NCBI GenBank assembly: GCA_034667725.1
Contig: JAXDQS010000010.1
Location: forward strand, 320,001-384,000
Length of the DNA stretch: 64,000 nt
Direction of reading: 5' to 3'
Source: Thermoplasmata archaeon
GTDB taxonomy: Archaea; Thermoplasmatota; E2; JACPAO01; JAHFTW01
The translations under genes and the position numbers were made by a program. Below, in pieces: positions 18,122-28,663 of this stretch. How positions within the stretch are numbered: the first letter of the stretch is position 1; every line of letters starts with the position of its first letter. The notes beneath the pieces were generated by a model. That model worked only from the letters and a program-made list of their open reading frames with translations. It searched no databases and had not been told where the DNA came from.

Positions 18122-18952
18122 GTGCAGGCGCCGGCGACGGTCGACTGGCTGGGGCTCTACCTGCTGGAGGACCTCGGCCCCGGCGACGTCACCTCCGAGA
18201 CCCTGCTGCCCCACTCCGAAGGCCGCGCCCGGGTCGTCGCCCGCGGCCGCACCCTGGTGGCCGGCGCCCGGCACGCAGCCGAACTGTTCCGCCGCCTCGG
18301 CGCCGCCGCCACCGTCCAGGTCGCCGACGGCGCCTGGGCGGAGCCCGGCGCCACGGTGCTGGCGGTGCAGGGGCCGGCGCGGGCCATCCTGGCCGGCGAG
18401 CGCACGGCGCTGAACCTGCTGGCCCGCATGGGCGGCATCGCGACGGCGACCCGGGCGCTGGCGGACCAAGGCGTGCGGGTGGCGGGCACCCGCAAGACCA
18501 CGCCGGGCTTCCGGGCCTTCGAGAAGGAGGCCATCGCGATCGGCGGCGGCGACCCGCACCGCATGGGCCTGTGGGACGCCGCCATGGTCAAGGACAACCA
18601 CCTGGCCGCCGTCGGGGGCGACGTGGCGGCCGCGGTGCGGCTGCTGCGCGAGCGCCATCCGGGCTTGGTGGTGGAGTGCGAGGTCGAGCGGCGCGAGGAC
18701 GCCTTGGCCGCGGCGGCCGCTGGCGCGCACTGGATCCTCGTCGACAACCAGCCGCCCGAGGTGGGCCGGGTCTGGGCCGAGGAGGTGGCGCGGCTGCACC
18801 CGGGCGTGCGCTTCGAGGCCTCCGGTGGCGTGACCCCGCAGACCGTCTTGGCCTACGCCTGGGCCGACCGCGTCAGCCTGGGCTGGCTGACCCAGAAGGC
18901 GCCCGCCTCCGACTTCGCGCTCGACTGGGACCCGGAGCCCGCGTCCCCATGA
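18122..18952 (+). CDS. nadC: Quinolinate phosphoribosyltransferase
   Basis: EDLGPGDVTS, ERTALNLL, GTRKTTPG, HRMGL, KDNH, EASGG. Confidence 0.93.
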   Translation: MQAPATVDWLGLYLLEDLGPGDVTSETLLPHSEGRARVVARGRTLVAGARHAAELFRRLGAAATVQVADGAWAEPGATVLAVQGPARAILAGERTALNLLARMGGIATATRALADQGVRVAGTRKTTPGFRAFEKEAIAIGGGDPHRMGLWDAAMVKDNHLAAVGGDVAAAVRLLRERHPGLVVECEVERREDALAAAAAGAHWILVDNQPPEVGRVWAEEVARLHPGVRFEASGGVTPQTVLAYAWADRVSLGWLTQKAPASDFALDWDPEPASP

Positions 18953-19692
18953 CCGCCACCAACATCCCCGCCGGCCACCCGCGCGCGCACAGCCTCCGGG
19001 TCCGCGAGGCGATGAAGGACGCGGTCGCCGCCGGCCTGGTCCACCCCACCGGCCTGATCGCGCATGGCCGGGGCGAGGCGTTCGACTACCTCCTGGGGGA
19101 ACGGACCCCGCCCGAGGCCGTCGCCGCCATCCATGAAGCCGCGCTCATGCTTTCCGGCGCCCGCCAGCCGGTCCTGAGCCTGAACGGCAACGTGGTGGCG
19201 CTGGCGGCGGCGCAATGCCTGGAGGTGGCGGCCGCGCTGCCCAGCCTCCGGCTGGAGGTCAACCTGTTCCACCGCACCCCTGAGCGGGTCCTGCGCCTGC
19301 TGGACGCGATGGCCGCCGCGGGCGCCGCCCCCGACCAGGTGCTGGGGGCCGCGCCCGACTTCCGCATCCCAGGCCTCGACTCCGACCGCGCCCGCTGCTG
19401 CAAGGCCGGCATCGGCGGCGCCGACGTCGTGCTGGTCCCCCTCGAGGACGGCGACCGCTGCCAAGCCCTCAAGGCGATGGGCAAGCAGGTCGTCACGGTG
19501 GACCTCAACCCCCTGTCCCGGACGGCGCGGGCGGCCGACGTCACCATCGTGGACGAGCTGACGCGCGCCCTGCCCCTGCTGGCGGCGGCGCTGCGCGCGC
19601 CGGCCAGCTTGCGGGGGGCGTTCTCGAACCGCGCCAACCTGGAGGCGGTGCAGCGCAGGATGGCGGCGCGGCTCGGGGAGCCATTGGGGTGA
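18949..19692 (+). CDS. pps: Archaeal phosphopantothenate synthetase
   Basis: IPAGHPR, GLIAHGRGEAFDYLLGE, EVNLFHR, VPLEDGDR, DLNPLSRT. Confidence 0.93.
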   Translation: MTATNIPAGHPRAHSLRVREAMKDAVAAGLVHPTGLIAHGRGEAFDYLLGERTPPEAVAAIHEAALMLSGARQPVLSLNGNVVALAAAQCLEVAAALPSLRLEVNLFHRTPERVLRLLDAMAAAGAAPDQVLGAAPDFRIPGLDSDRARCCKAGIGGADVVLVPLEDGDRCQALKAMGKQVVTVDLNPLSRTARAADVTIVDELTRALPLLAAALRAPASLRGAFSNRANLEAVQRRMAARLGEPLG

Positions 19693-19866
19693 TGGACGTG
19701 GCCTTTTCCATCAGCAATCCTTTTGCAGGGGTTCCTTCCGCGATCGACCGTCATTTGGAGCTTGCGATTCTTGCTCGTGGGGGGCCATGAATCAAAATGC
19801 TTAACTAGCCTCAAATCCACGTGCGGCCCGCAACGGGGCTTCGCGGCCCCGGTCTTCGGTGTACCA

Positions 19867-22800
19867 ATGCCTGCCGCCCGATTTTCCCGCATCCTGGCCC
19901 CCGCCCTCGCCTTCGTGATGGTGGCCACCCTGTTGGCGACCCCCGCGAGCGCGGTGGCCCCCTTCACCAACTCCGTGGTGGACGCCCAGCTCGTCACCGA
20001 CTACGGCGCCGGCGGCCCCTTCGGCTCCTGGCAGAAGCAGTACGAGTGGACGACGCTCTACCTGCACTCCTCGTGCGCCGAGAACGTGGTGGGTCCCGAG
20101 CCCACCGAGGACTACTCGGACTGCATCCCGGCCGGGGCTGCGACCCACCTTCTGGACACCCAGTACCCGACCAAGACCTACGGCAACGTGATGCTGCTGG
20201 AGCCCGTCGACACCACCAGCGGCCTCGGGCCCACCCTGACGGCGGGCAACTACGCCGACTTCCCCAACGCCGCCCCCTGCGTCAACGACTACCTGGTCAC
20301 CGCGGACACCCTCATCTCCGGCTTCGACAGCACCATCTGGATGTCCGGCGACCGCATCAACTCCAACCGCCTCCGCGTCGTCGCCACCCTGCTGGACGGC
20401 TCCAGCGGCGCCTGCAGCCCCACCGGCAGCAACCTGGCCACCTTCGACCTCACCAGCTCCACCCCGGCCCCCCAGTCCTGGTCCCCCATCGACCCCACCA
20501 CCGGCGTGTTCTCCGGCGCCATCGACATCCCGAGCGCCCACGGCACCGAGCACGGCCTCCTCGTCAAGGCCGGCAGCCGCCTCCGCTTCTCCATCGGCCT
20601 CGTCACCGACGACACCTGGACCCTGGGCGACGGCGGCGCCAACGTCCTGCTCGACGGCGTGGACGTCGCCTCGCGCGTCCGCGTCCACAGCGACTCGGCC
20701 CGCATCAACATGTGGACCGCCGACCGCTTCGGCGCCGTCGAGGACGCCTTCCCCAACAGCGCCATCGCCCCCATCGCGGACCGCAAGGTGTTCTTCAACG
20801 CCGTCCAGTTCGACCCCTTCGGCCACACCCAGGCCTGCCCCAGCGTCCCCGCGGCCGCCAACGGCTGCCCGCGCGACGCCATCGAGGAGCACGACATGCG
20901 GCTGCGCATCAAGGACGTCACGCCGACGCACACCGCCATCAACGGCTTCTGCTCCAGCGGCTTCCTGTGCTACGACCGCTACGTCAAGCTCGACCTCGGC
21001 CAAGGCCTGCAGGACAACGACGGCGGCAACCGCGACTCGTTCCTGGGCTGCTGCGACGAGCCCGCCATCCGCCCCATCAAGGCCCCTGCCACCACGGCGG
21101 ACAACAAGGAGGGCATCCAGCGCTACGCCTACACCTTCGTGTACGGCCAGACGTTCCCGGACGGCCTGTACCAGATCGAGTTCCAGGACCGCACCGAGAA
21201 GTGGGTTTTCACCCGCACCTTCGAGATCGGCAACACCGGCTTCACCTTCCAGTTCCACCCCAAGGAGCAGACGGTCAACGCGGACGGCAGCATCGCCGAC
21301 CACACCGTCGCCCTCGGCGAGCTGACGAAGTACAGCATGACGATCCGCAACGACGGCCCCCGCGCCGACACCTTCGGCCTCGCGGTCCCCGTCCCCGGCC
21401 TCGGCTGGTCCGCCTCGTTCAGCCCCAGCTCCATCACGCTGAACCCCAAGCAGGAAGGCAGCGTCGAGGTCACCGTCGCGCCCGCCCCCGCGGCCCGCCC
21501 CGGCGACATCAAGGTCGTCGCGGTCACCGCCACCAGCCTGGCCGACAGCACCGTCAAGACGCTCTACACCCGCACCACCCTGACGGCCCAGGAGGAGTTC
21601 GGCATCGAGCTGAGCTCCCCGATGGACGGCATCCAGACCCGCCCGCAGGTCCCGACCAACTTCCCGCTCGACATCCGCAACGCCGGCACCGTGCTGGACC
21701 AGTACGTCCTCACCGCCTCGAACGCGCCGCCGGGCTGGGTCGTCCAGATCAACCCGAGCTTCCTGCCCGTCAAGGCGGCCAGCCGCGAGACCCTGTCGGT
21801 GCGCGTCACCGCCCCCGCCGAGGCCGCCGCCGGCTCCTCCTTCACGCTCCTCCTGAAGGCGTGCCGCACGGTCGACATGTCGGTGTGCGGCGAGCTGTCG
21901 ATGCCCGTCAACGTCTACCACGTCGACGACGTCCGCGTCAGCGCCCTCAAGGACCACATCGTGCTGCGCGACGCCGCCCTCGACCGCAGCGCCGGCGCCA
22001 CCAAGGACCGCCTGTTCGACCAGGGCCCGCTGTTCCGCGTCCTGGTGGAGAACAAGGGCGACCGCGAGGACACCATCGAGATCACCGGCGGCTGGACCCC
22101 CGGCCAAGGCGCCAACGACCGCACCAACTGCGAGGGCAGCCCCACCAACTCCGGCGACGGCGTCCCCGACGGCTGGCGCTTCAACCTCCTCGACTCCGCC
22201 AGCGGCGTCGAGGACCCCGGCCTGGTCCTCCCGGCCCCGGCCGGCGGCCGCCTGACGAAGTTCACGGCCGGCTCGCCGACCTACACCTTCCACCCGTCCC
22301 CGGCCGCCCCCCAGAAGGGCGGCGCGGGCGCCAGCACCAACTACGCCGGCGACTTCCGCCTCGGCCACCTCACCCTGGCCCCCGGCGCGTCCCAGTACGT
22401 CTTCATCGACATGTACTGGGTCCAGCCCACCGGCGCCGGCTGCCTGGCGCAGATCGCCACCAACTACCGCACCCGGATGCCGGCCCCGGTGGCCGAGTTC
22501 CGGCTCACCTACCGCAGCCTGCGCGAGGAGGCCGTCAAGGGCGCCTTGGTCCTGACCGGCGAGATCGACGGCAGCACCCGCGACGACATCGTGGCCGAGG
22601 ACGCCCGCGTCCCGGGCACCCCCCACGGCGTCCTTCTGGAGTACGCCCTCGGCCAGTCCGACATCGGCTTCGCCCCCATCAACAGCGGCTCCCCCTGGGC
22701 CACCTACAACCTGGTGCTGACCAACACGGGCCGCGAGGTCGACCACCTCAAGCTGCGCGTCGACGACGGCAAGAACGGCTGGCGCCACCAGATCCTGGCC

Positions 22801-25653
22801 CAGTCGGCCGCCCTCGCCACCGGTGTCGTGGGCAGCTTGTCGACCACCGACCCCGGCGGCCGCGTCGCGCGCTCCAACCCGTGCCTCCCCACGGACGCGC
22901 CGGCGTCGCAGAACTTCCGCTGCAACAGCATCGGCGTCTACGACACCGTCTACATCCAGGTGCGCGCCATCCCGCCCGCGGGCCGCGTCATCGTCGGCGA
23001 CTCCGACGACATGACGATCAGCCTGACGTCGGACTTCAGCTCCACCGGCACCATCATCGACACCAAGACGGTCCGCACCTACGTCCAGGGCACCTACGGC
23101 CTCGACGTCGAGAGCTTCAACACCAACCTGGTCGGCTACCCCGGCCAGGTCGTGAAGTTCCCCTACACCCTCCGCAACGTCGGCCAGGAGAACGACCGCT
23201 ACTTCCTGCAGGGCAAGGCCGACACCGGCGCCGAGGGCTGGACCACCAGCCTCAGCTCCGGCAGCGTCGTCGCCGTCCCCGGCGGCCGCGAGTTCCACGG
23301 CTTCCTCGCCGTCACCGTGCCGACCAACGCGCCCATCACCGACCCCGCCATCCTGGCCGACCTGGACCCGGACGCGGCGCCCCCTGCGCCCGCGCACTTC
23401 CGCATCGAGGCCATCAGCATGGACAACCCGGCCAAGCAGTCGCGCGTGCTGGACTTCTTCCTGCCCGTCACGACCTACAAGGGCCTGACCGTGGTGGCGC
23501 CCGACGTCGAGATCGCGCCCGGCACCTCGGACCGCATCCAGGTCACGACCCGCGCCACCGAAGGCGCCCCGGCCCCCGGCGTGACCTACGACGGCTACTA
23601 CTCGAGCCACCCTGACCAGGAGCCCCCGCTGCCGCGCGGCTTCTCGTTCACCTGCCTGCAAGGCCCCGGCCTCCCCGGCGACAACGGGCACCCCCACTTC
23701 GACGACAAGCGCGGCTGCGACCCGAACGCCCCTTACTGGCTGGAGGTCTTCTTCAACTCCGGCGACGAGGCCATCCAGCAGCTCGAGGTCAACGTCCCGT
23801 CCAACCAGCTCGGCATCAGCCGCATCGCCCACCGCATCGCCGTGGTCGCGGACGTGTCCGGCAGCGAGGACATCGTGACCTACGTGGACGCCGTCATCAA
23901 CATGGGCTCGCTCTACGGGGTCGCCCTGGTCGAGGACGAGGACAAGGCGACCCGCATCATCCCGCCCGGCAACCTGGGCGCCGCGGGCCCGACCGTGGTC
24001 TACAACGTCCGCGTCGAGAACAAGGGCCTGTCCCCGCAAAGCGTCCTCCTGACCAACTCCGACCTCCCGGCCGGCTGGCAGATCTTCTACGAGACCCGCA
24101 ACCTCGACGTCCAGCCCCCGGGCCACTCGCTCGTCGGCGGCCCCGAGAGCTGCGAGTCCACCGTGGACCCCTGCAAGAACGTCGACCCGCTCGACTACGA
24201 GATCGTGCAGATCGGCCTCAGCGCCCCCGCCGACGCGGTCCCGGGCGACGTCGCCACCGTGCTCATCTTCGGCACCGTCCAGCAGAACACCGACCAGGTG
24301 GCCCAGCTGGAGCTGCGCGCCATCGTCGGCAAGTACGCCATGACCGTCACCGGCGTCCCGCAGACCGCCTACGTCGCGCCGCAGGAGCAGGCCCGCTTCG
24401 CCGTCGAGGTCCGCAACACGGGCAACGTCGACACCGGCGTGCTGGTGACGGCGGTCCTGCCGCCCACGGTCGCCAACGACTTCCCCGTCAGCTGGAGCGA
24501 CGACCTGTGCGGCGAGCCGTACACCGCGGAGCGCGGCGGCGGCAAGCTGGCCGACGGCTCGTGCAAGGTCGACCTGGCCCCGGACGAGACGCGCACCGTG
24601 CAGCTCGAGGTCCTGACGCCCGAGGCGGCCCCCACCAAGGCGGGCCCCGGCTACGACGTGACCCTGTCCGCCAAGGCCGCGGAGTTCTCCTCGGCGGTCG
24701 CCAGCGGCGCCCTCAAGGTCAAGATCCTGGACTACCAGATGGCCGACGTCGACGGCGACCTCCAGAAGGAGTTCGCGGTCGACGGCTGCACCGTCGCCCA
24801 GACGGAGGGCTGCCTGCCCGACGCCGCCGACGGCTACGAGACCTTCCGCGAGAACCTGCTGGCGGTCGGCGTCACGACGCGCCGCGCCCCGCTCGAGCAG
24901 TACCTGTCCGCCGACGGCCGCGCCGCCCACACCAAGGACGGCGCGCTCGACCTGCGGCCCGACGCCGACGGCGACGACAAGACCGACCTCGTGCTGGACG
25001 ACAACAACGACGGCCTGCCGGACATCCTGTGGATCCCGGCCACCAACCGCGTCCAGCGCCTGAACTTCACCCGCGACGTGGACGCCGACGGCCTGGCCGA
25101 GTACTTCGCCGACCTGGAGGGCGACCAGCAGTGGGACGCGGTCTACAACCTCGCCCGCGGCGAGTTCGTCGGCCTCATCCAGACCTACGCCGACAAGGAC
25201 GGCTTCCTCGACTACATCGTGGACGCCGACGGCGACGGCGAGATCGACCAGTACGAGACCATCCTGTTCGGCGGCCCCAACGGCAAGCTCGGCAACATCC
25301 AGTACAACGCCCTCATCGACGGCGACGACCTCCTGGACAAGGCGTTCGACACCGACGGCGACGGCCAGCCCGAGTACTTCCTGCCCTACGCGGCGCCCGG
25401 CGAGACCCCCAAGTCGGTCCCCATCGTCCTCGAGGACGTGACCGGCGACGGCAAGCTCGACTGGACCTACGACCACCTGGGCAAGGGCGGCAAGCCGACG
25501 AGCTACTACGACCCCGTCACTGGGGAGCGCGGCCTCATCGACTCGAAGGGCGAGTTCCTGGGCGACCTCCAGAAGTACTGGTACATCGCCCTGCTGTTCG
25601 GCCTGGCCCTCGTGCTGTTCGTGGCCCTCGTCGTGGTCACCCGCCGGAAGTGA
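19867..25653 (+). CDS. Giant secreted surface protein (~1930 aa): tandem COG1470/NPCBM-associated-like Ig domains, DxDxDG Ca-binding repeats, C-terminal TM
   Basis: Signal peptide; about 7 repeats of xxNxGxxxD...GW; many DxDxDG motifs; YWYIALLFG...TRRK tail. Confidence 0.88.
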   Translation: MPAARFSRILAPALAFVMVATLLATPASAVAPFTNSVVDAQLVTDYGAGGPFGSWQKQYEWTTLYLHSSCAENVVGPEPTEDYSDCIPAGAATHLLDTQYPTKTYGNVMLLEPVDTTSGLGPTLTAGNYADFPNAAPCVNDYLVTADTLISGFDSTIWMSGDRINSNRLRVVATLLDGSSGACSPTGSNLATFDLTSSTPAPQSWSPIDPTTGVFSGAIDIPSAHGTEHGLLVKAGSRLRFSIGLVTDDTWTLGDGGANVLLDGVDVASRVRVHSDSARINMWTADRFGAVEDAFPNSAIAPIADRKVFFNAVQFDPFGHTQACPSVPAAANGCPRDAIEEHDMRLRIKDVTPTHTAINGFCSSGFLCYDRYVKLDLGQGLQDNDGGNRDSFLGCCDEPAIRPIKAPATTADNKEGIQRYAYTFVYGQTFPDGLYQIEFQDRTEKWVFTRTFEIGNTGFTFQFHPKEQTVNADGSIADHTVALGELTKYSMTIRNDGPRADTFGLAVPVPGLGWSASFSPSSITLNPKQEGSVEVTVAPAPAARPGDIKVVAVTATSLADSTVKTLYTRTTLTAQEEFGIELSSPMDGIQTRPQVPTNFPLDIRNAGTVLDQYVLTASNAPPGWVVQINPSFLPVKAASRETLSVRVTAPAEAAAGSSFTLLLKACRTVDMSVCGELSMPVNVYHVDDVRVSALKDHIVLRDAALDRSAGATKDRLFDQGPLFRVLVENKGDREDTIEITGGWTPGQGANDRTNCEGSPTNSGDGVPDGWRFNLLDSASGVEDPGLVLPAPAGGRLTKFTAGSPTYTFHPSPAAPQKGGAGASTNYAGDFRLGHLTLAPGASQYVFIDMYWVQPTGAGCLAQIATNYRTRMPAPVAEFRLTYRSLREEAVKGALVLTGEIDGSTRDDIVAEDARVPGTPHGVLLEYALGQSDIGFAPINSGSPWATYNLVLTNTGREVDHLKLRVDDGKNGWRHQILAQSAALATGVVGSLSTTDPGGRVARSNPCLPTDAPASQNFRCNSIGVYDTVYIQVRAIPPAGRVIVGDSDDMTISLTSDFSSTGTIIDTKTVRTYVQGTYGLDVESFNTNLVGYPGQVVKFPYTLRNVGQENDRYFLQGKADTGAEGWTTSLSSGSVVAVPGGREFHGFLAVTVPTNAPITDPAILADLDPDAAPPAPAHFRIEAISMDNPAKQSRVLDFFLPVTTYKGLTVVAPDVEIAPGTSDRIQVTTRATEGAPAPGVTYDGYYSSHPDQEPPLPRGFSFTCLQGPGLPGDNGHPHFDDKRGCDPNAPYWLEVFFNSGDEAIQQLEVNVPSNQLGISRIAHRIAVVADVSGSEDIVTYVDAVINMGSLYGVALVEDEDKATRIIPPGNLGAAGPTVVYNVRVENKGLSPQSVLLTNSDLPAGWQIFYETRNLDVQPPGHSLVGGPESCESTVDPCKNVDPLDYEIVQIGLSAPADAVPGDVATVLIFGTVQQNTDQVAQLELRAIVGKYAMTVTGVPQTAYVAPQEQARFAVEVRNTGNVDTGVLVTAVLPPTVANDFPVSWSDDLCGEPYTAERGGGKLADGSCKVDLAPDETRTVQLEVLTPEAAPTKAGPGYDVTLSAKAAEFSSAVASGALKVKILDYQMADVDGDLQKEFAVDGCTVAQTEGCLPDAADGYETFRENLLAVGVTTRRAPLEQYLSADGRAAHTKDGALDLRPDADGDDKTDLVLDDNNDGLPDILWIPATNRVQRLNFTRDVDADGLAEYFADLEGDQQWDAVYNLARGEFVGLIQTYADKDGFLDYIVDADGDGEIDQYETILFGGPNGKLGNIQYNALIDGDDLLDKAFDTDGDGQPEYFLPYAAPGETPKSVPIVLEDVTGDGKLDWTYDHLGKGGKPTSYYDPVTGERGLIDSKGEFLGDLQKYWYIALLFGLALVLFVALVVVTRRK

Positions 25654-25658
25654 GCCCC

Positions 25659-28601
25659 ATGCGCACCTGGACCGCCTACGCCCTCGTCCTGCTGCTGGCC
25701 GGCCTCCCCGCCGCGTCGGTGGGCCAGTCGCCGCCCAACCGGGAACCCGTGGCCGACGCCGGCCTCGACGTCTCGTACGCCGAGTCGAGCGCGCCCCCGT
25801 GGTCCCCGGCCACCAACCCCCAGTCCGAGGGCTTCCTCGACGGCACCCGGTCCTACGACCCCGACGCCGCCGACGAGGGCGCCGAGGTCCTCCGGTTCCT
25901 CTACCGCCCGACGCCGCCGCCCTCGTGCGCGGTCCCGTGCACGACGCCCGCGTTCGTGGACATCACGGCCCTGCCGATGATCGCGTCCACGACGCCCGGG
26001 CCCCAGTGCCCGGACCTGCAGCTGCGGCGCGGCGCCGAGAAGGGCGAGGCCAAGTTCCTCATCCCCAACATCCCGCCCGGCCCCCAGAAGGCCTGCGTCT
26101 ACGACATCGAGATGCGGGTCGAGGACCGCGACCTGGGCACCGACGAGCAGACCGTCCTGGTCACCATCCTGAACGACAACCAGCCCCCCACCTCGACCCT
26201 GGCGCGCCCCATGAGCTTCCTGCTGGGCGACACCTACCTGTCGGGCGTGGCGGTCGGCGAGGTCGACATCCAGGGCAACCACGGCAAGATGGTGACGCTG
26301 CGCGCCACCGGCCTCAAGGACGACAAGGAGGTCCGCTCGGTCCAGATGCGCTTCTGCCGCCCCGCGTGCGGCGAGGGCGCCGAGTTCGTCAAGGACGTCC
26401 CCCTCGTGGACAAGCGCGTCCTGCCGCCGCCGCCCGCCGGCGAGCTGTCGGAATGGACGGCGCCGCTGCCCGTCGACACGCCGTGGCTCGTCGTCGGCGA
26501 GTACACCGTCGAGCTTCTCGTCCATGACGGCGAGGCCGGCACCTTGCACATCGGCGGCGACGCCACCGGGGTCGCCTCGCTCTCGGTCGGCGCCATCGAG
26601 TCCGGCCAATGCGCCACCACGCCGCCGTCGCCGGGCCCCTGCCTGTTCCTGGAGAGCGTCGCGCCCATCCTGAGTGTTGCGCCCAACCTGTGCTTCCTCG
26701 GCTCGACCACCCAGCCGCCCCAGGCGCTCGGCGTCGGCCAGACCCTCCGCCCCATCGTGGAGGCCTACCTGCCGCAGCCCGAGGTCTACACCACCGGCCC
26801 CGGCGCCGCCACCGAAATCACGGACAAGGGCCTCATGGTCTGGAAGGTCACCTACCAGACCTGCAGCGGCCTGCGCGAGGCGCCCGGCGAGGTCGCCGTC
26901 GGCACCGAGATCGAGGTCCGCTACCCGTACTTCCTCAGCCTGGACACGCTGTTCAAGGGCGACCAGGAGCTCAAGCTGCGCGCCTACGACCGCTACGGCA
27001 ACCCGCCCACCGAGCTGGTGGTCCCGCTCACCACCGACACCGCAACACCGCAGTACCTGGTCGACGTGCCCGCCGTGAGCTACCGCGGCATCCCGTTCAC
27101 GGCCGTCGCCTACGTCCACGACCGCATCTCCACCCAGGTCACCCTGACGGTGGACATCTTCAACCGCACCGCCGCCGGCAAGGCCGTCTCGTACGTCAAC
27201 CAGACCGCCCTCGGCGCCGCCCCCGGCCCCAACTCCAGGAGCTTCATGGTGCCGCCGCTGCACACCGCGCTGCGCACCGACATGTGGGGCGCCCACGACC
27301 GCAAGAGCAGCTGCCAGTACCTGTTCGACCTCGACGGCGACCTCAAGCTGGACATGTGGTTCGACCCGCGCAACAGCAGCGCCGGCGGACTCATCGCGGC
27401 CCCCGGCAAGCGCGCCACCGACCCCATCGACTTCGTGGTCGACGCCGACGACGACGGCCTGGCCGAGCCCGGCGAGCCGCTGGTCCCCGGCGCCGTGGCG
27501 GGCGTCCTCAAGCACAAGGACACCTGCCTGTCGCCGTTCCAGCCGCCGTTCGTCGCAAGCGCCGTCCGCGGCCGCGACCTCGAGGCGTTCCTCAACAGCA
27601 GCACCGGCCTGGGCACGCAGGCCTTCCTGTTCGAGCTCAACCGCACCTTCCTCGGCCGCACCAGCTACAGCTTCGCGATCGAGGACGTCGTGTTCAACCG
27701 CGACGCGCTACCCCGCTACGTCTTCGAGTACAAGGTCAACGGCACCGCCCACCTCAGCCCCCAGAACCTGACGGGCTCGTTCGTGACGGAGCAGGCCTAC
27801 GTCGACGCCGGCATCGAGGCGTTCCACGTCGACCCCAAGCCCTACCTGCCGGGCGACGCCGTCGTCCTCAACGTCACCATGCTGCAGCGCTCGCCCCTGA
27901 AGCCTGGCCCCGAGGTCCCGCTCACGCTGCGCCTGTCCGACCCGGCGTTCGCCAACTTCACCAGCCCCCCGCTCGGCCCCGGCGACCGCCACAAGCTGAC
28001 CCTGACCCGGCCGTTCGACCTCAACGTGTTCAAGGGCAACCTCACCTTCGCCCAGCAGAACGAGGCCCGCCAAGGCTTCGGCCCCGGCATCCACGTCCTG
28101 CGCGGCAACGTCACCGTCCCCAGCCACGTCGAGGAGCGCGGCACCGCCAACAACACCGCCTCCACCCGCTTCGAGGTGTTCCTCGGCAAGGTCGTCGTGG
28201 GCCAGCTCAAGGCCGGCGACGTCGCCACCGGCGAGGTGTTCTACGTCCGCGCCGGCGACCGCGGCTTGCCCGCCGAGGCCGTCCGCCTCAACGACAAGGC
28301 CGAGGTCCTCGAGTCCTTCGCCGTCAGCCTGGACCAGACCTTCGGCTCGCCCCGCTACGCCTTCACCTACCTGAAGGACGGCAAGCCGCTGGATGCCTAC
28401 TGGGACCCCCAGTCCCGCTACGACCTCGCCAACGGCCACCTGTGCAACCAGCAGGCCGACGGCGACGTGGCGCCCAAGTGCCGCGCCGTCACCGTGGTCG
28501 GCTCCGGCCTGAGCGAGCAGGCCGAGGTCGACTCGCCCCACGTGGAGCTGCTGGCCGTCGTCGCGATGCTGCTGGGGCTGGCGCTGCGGCGCCGCAAGTA
28601 G
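25659..28601 (+). CDS. Large secreted surface protein (980 aa), PKD/Ig-like, sorting-like tail
   Basis: Signal peptide, NREPVADAG and LDGTRSYDPD (PKD-like), DLDGD, SP-TM-RRRK. Confidence 0.85.
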   Translation: MRTWTAYALVLLLAGLPAASVGQSPPNREPVADAGLDVSYAESSAPPWSPATNPQSEGFLDGTRSYDPDAADEGAEVLRFLYRPTPPPSCAVPCTTPAFVDITALPMIASTTPGPQCPDLQLRRGAEKGEAKFLIPNIPPGPQKACVYDIEMRVEDRDLGTDEQTVLVTILNDNQPPTSTLARPMSFLLGDTYLSGVAVGEVDIQGNHGKMVTLRATGLKDDKEVRSVQMRFCRPACGEGAEFVKDVPLVDKRVLPPPPAGELSEWTAPLPVDTPWLVVGEYTVELLVHDGEAGTLHIGGDATGVASLSVGAIESGQCATTPPSPGPCLFLESVAPILSVAPNLCFLGSTTQPPQALGVGQTLRPIVEAYLPQPEVYTTGPGAATEITDKGLMVWKVTYQTCSGLREAPGEVAVGTEIEVRYPYFLSLDTLFKGDQELKLRAYDRYGNPPTELVVPLTTDTATPQYLVDVPAVSYRGIPFTAVAYVHDRISTQVTLTVDIFNRTAAGKAVSYVNQTALGAAPGPNSRSFMVPPLHTALRTDMWGAHDRKSSCQYLFDLDGDLKLDMWFDPRNSSAGGLIAAPGKRATDPIDFVVDADDDGLAEPGEPLVPGAVAGVLKHKDTCLSPFQPPFVASAVRGRDLEAFLNSSTGLGTQAFLFELNRTFLGRTSYSFAIEDVVFNRDALPRYVFEYKVNGTAHLSPQNLTGSFVTEQAYVDAGIEAFHVDPKPYLPGDAVVLNVTMLQRSPLKPGPEVPLTLRLSDPAFANFTSPPLGPGDRHKLTLTRPFDLNVFKGNLTFAQQNEARQGFGPGIHVLRGNVTVPSHVEERGTANNTASTRFEVFLGKVVVGQLKAGDVATGEVFYVRAGDRGLPAEAVRLNDKAEVLESFAVSLDQTFGSPRYAFTYLKDGKPLDAYWDPQSRYDLANGHLCNQQADGDVAPKCRAVTVVGSGLSEQAEVDSPHVELLAVVAMLLGLALRRRK

Positions 28602-28663
28602 CCAACGCCAGAGCGTCCCCGGCAGTCGTGCGCCTTATCCGGGTCCCGCGCTTCGCGCCCCTG

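Noticed and set aside
18122-19692. nadC-pps coupling as a novel pathway link
   Set aside because: Co-location of cofactor-biosynthesis genes is common in archaea; nothing further supports it
19801-25476. 1891-aa antisense ORF and other long shadow ORFs (e.g. 2917-7212 +, 40078-42828 +, 19821-23615 +)
   Set aside because: Expected artefacts of extreme GC3 bias opposite or frameshifted against real genes; low-complexity R/G/A/V composition with no motifs
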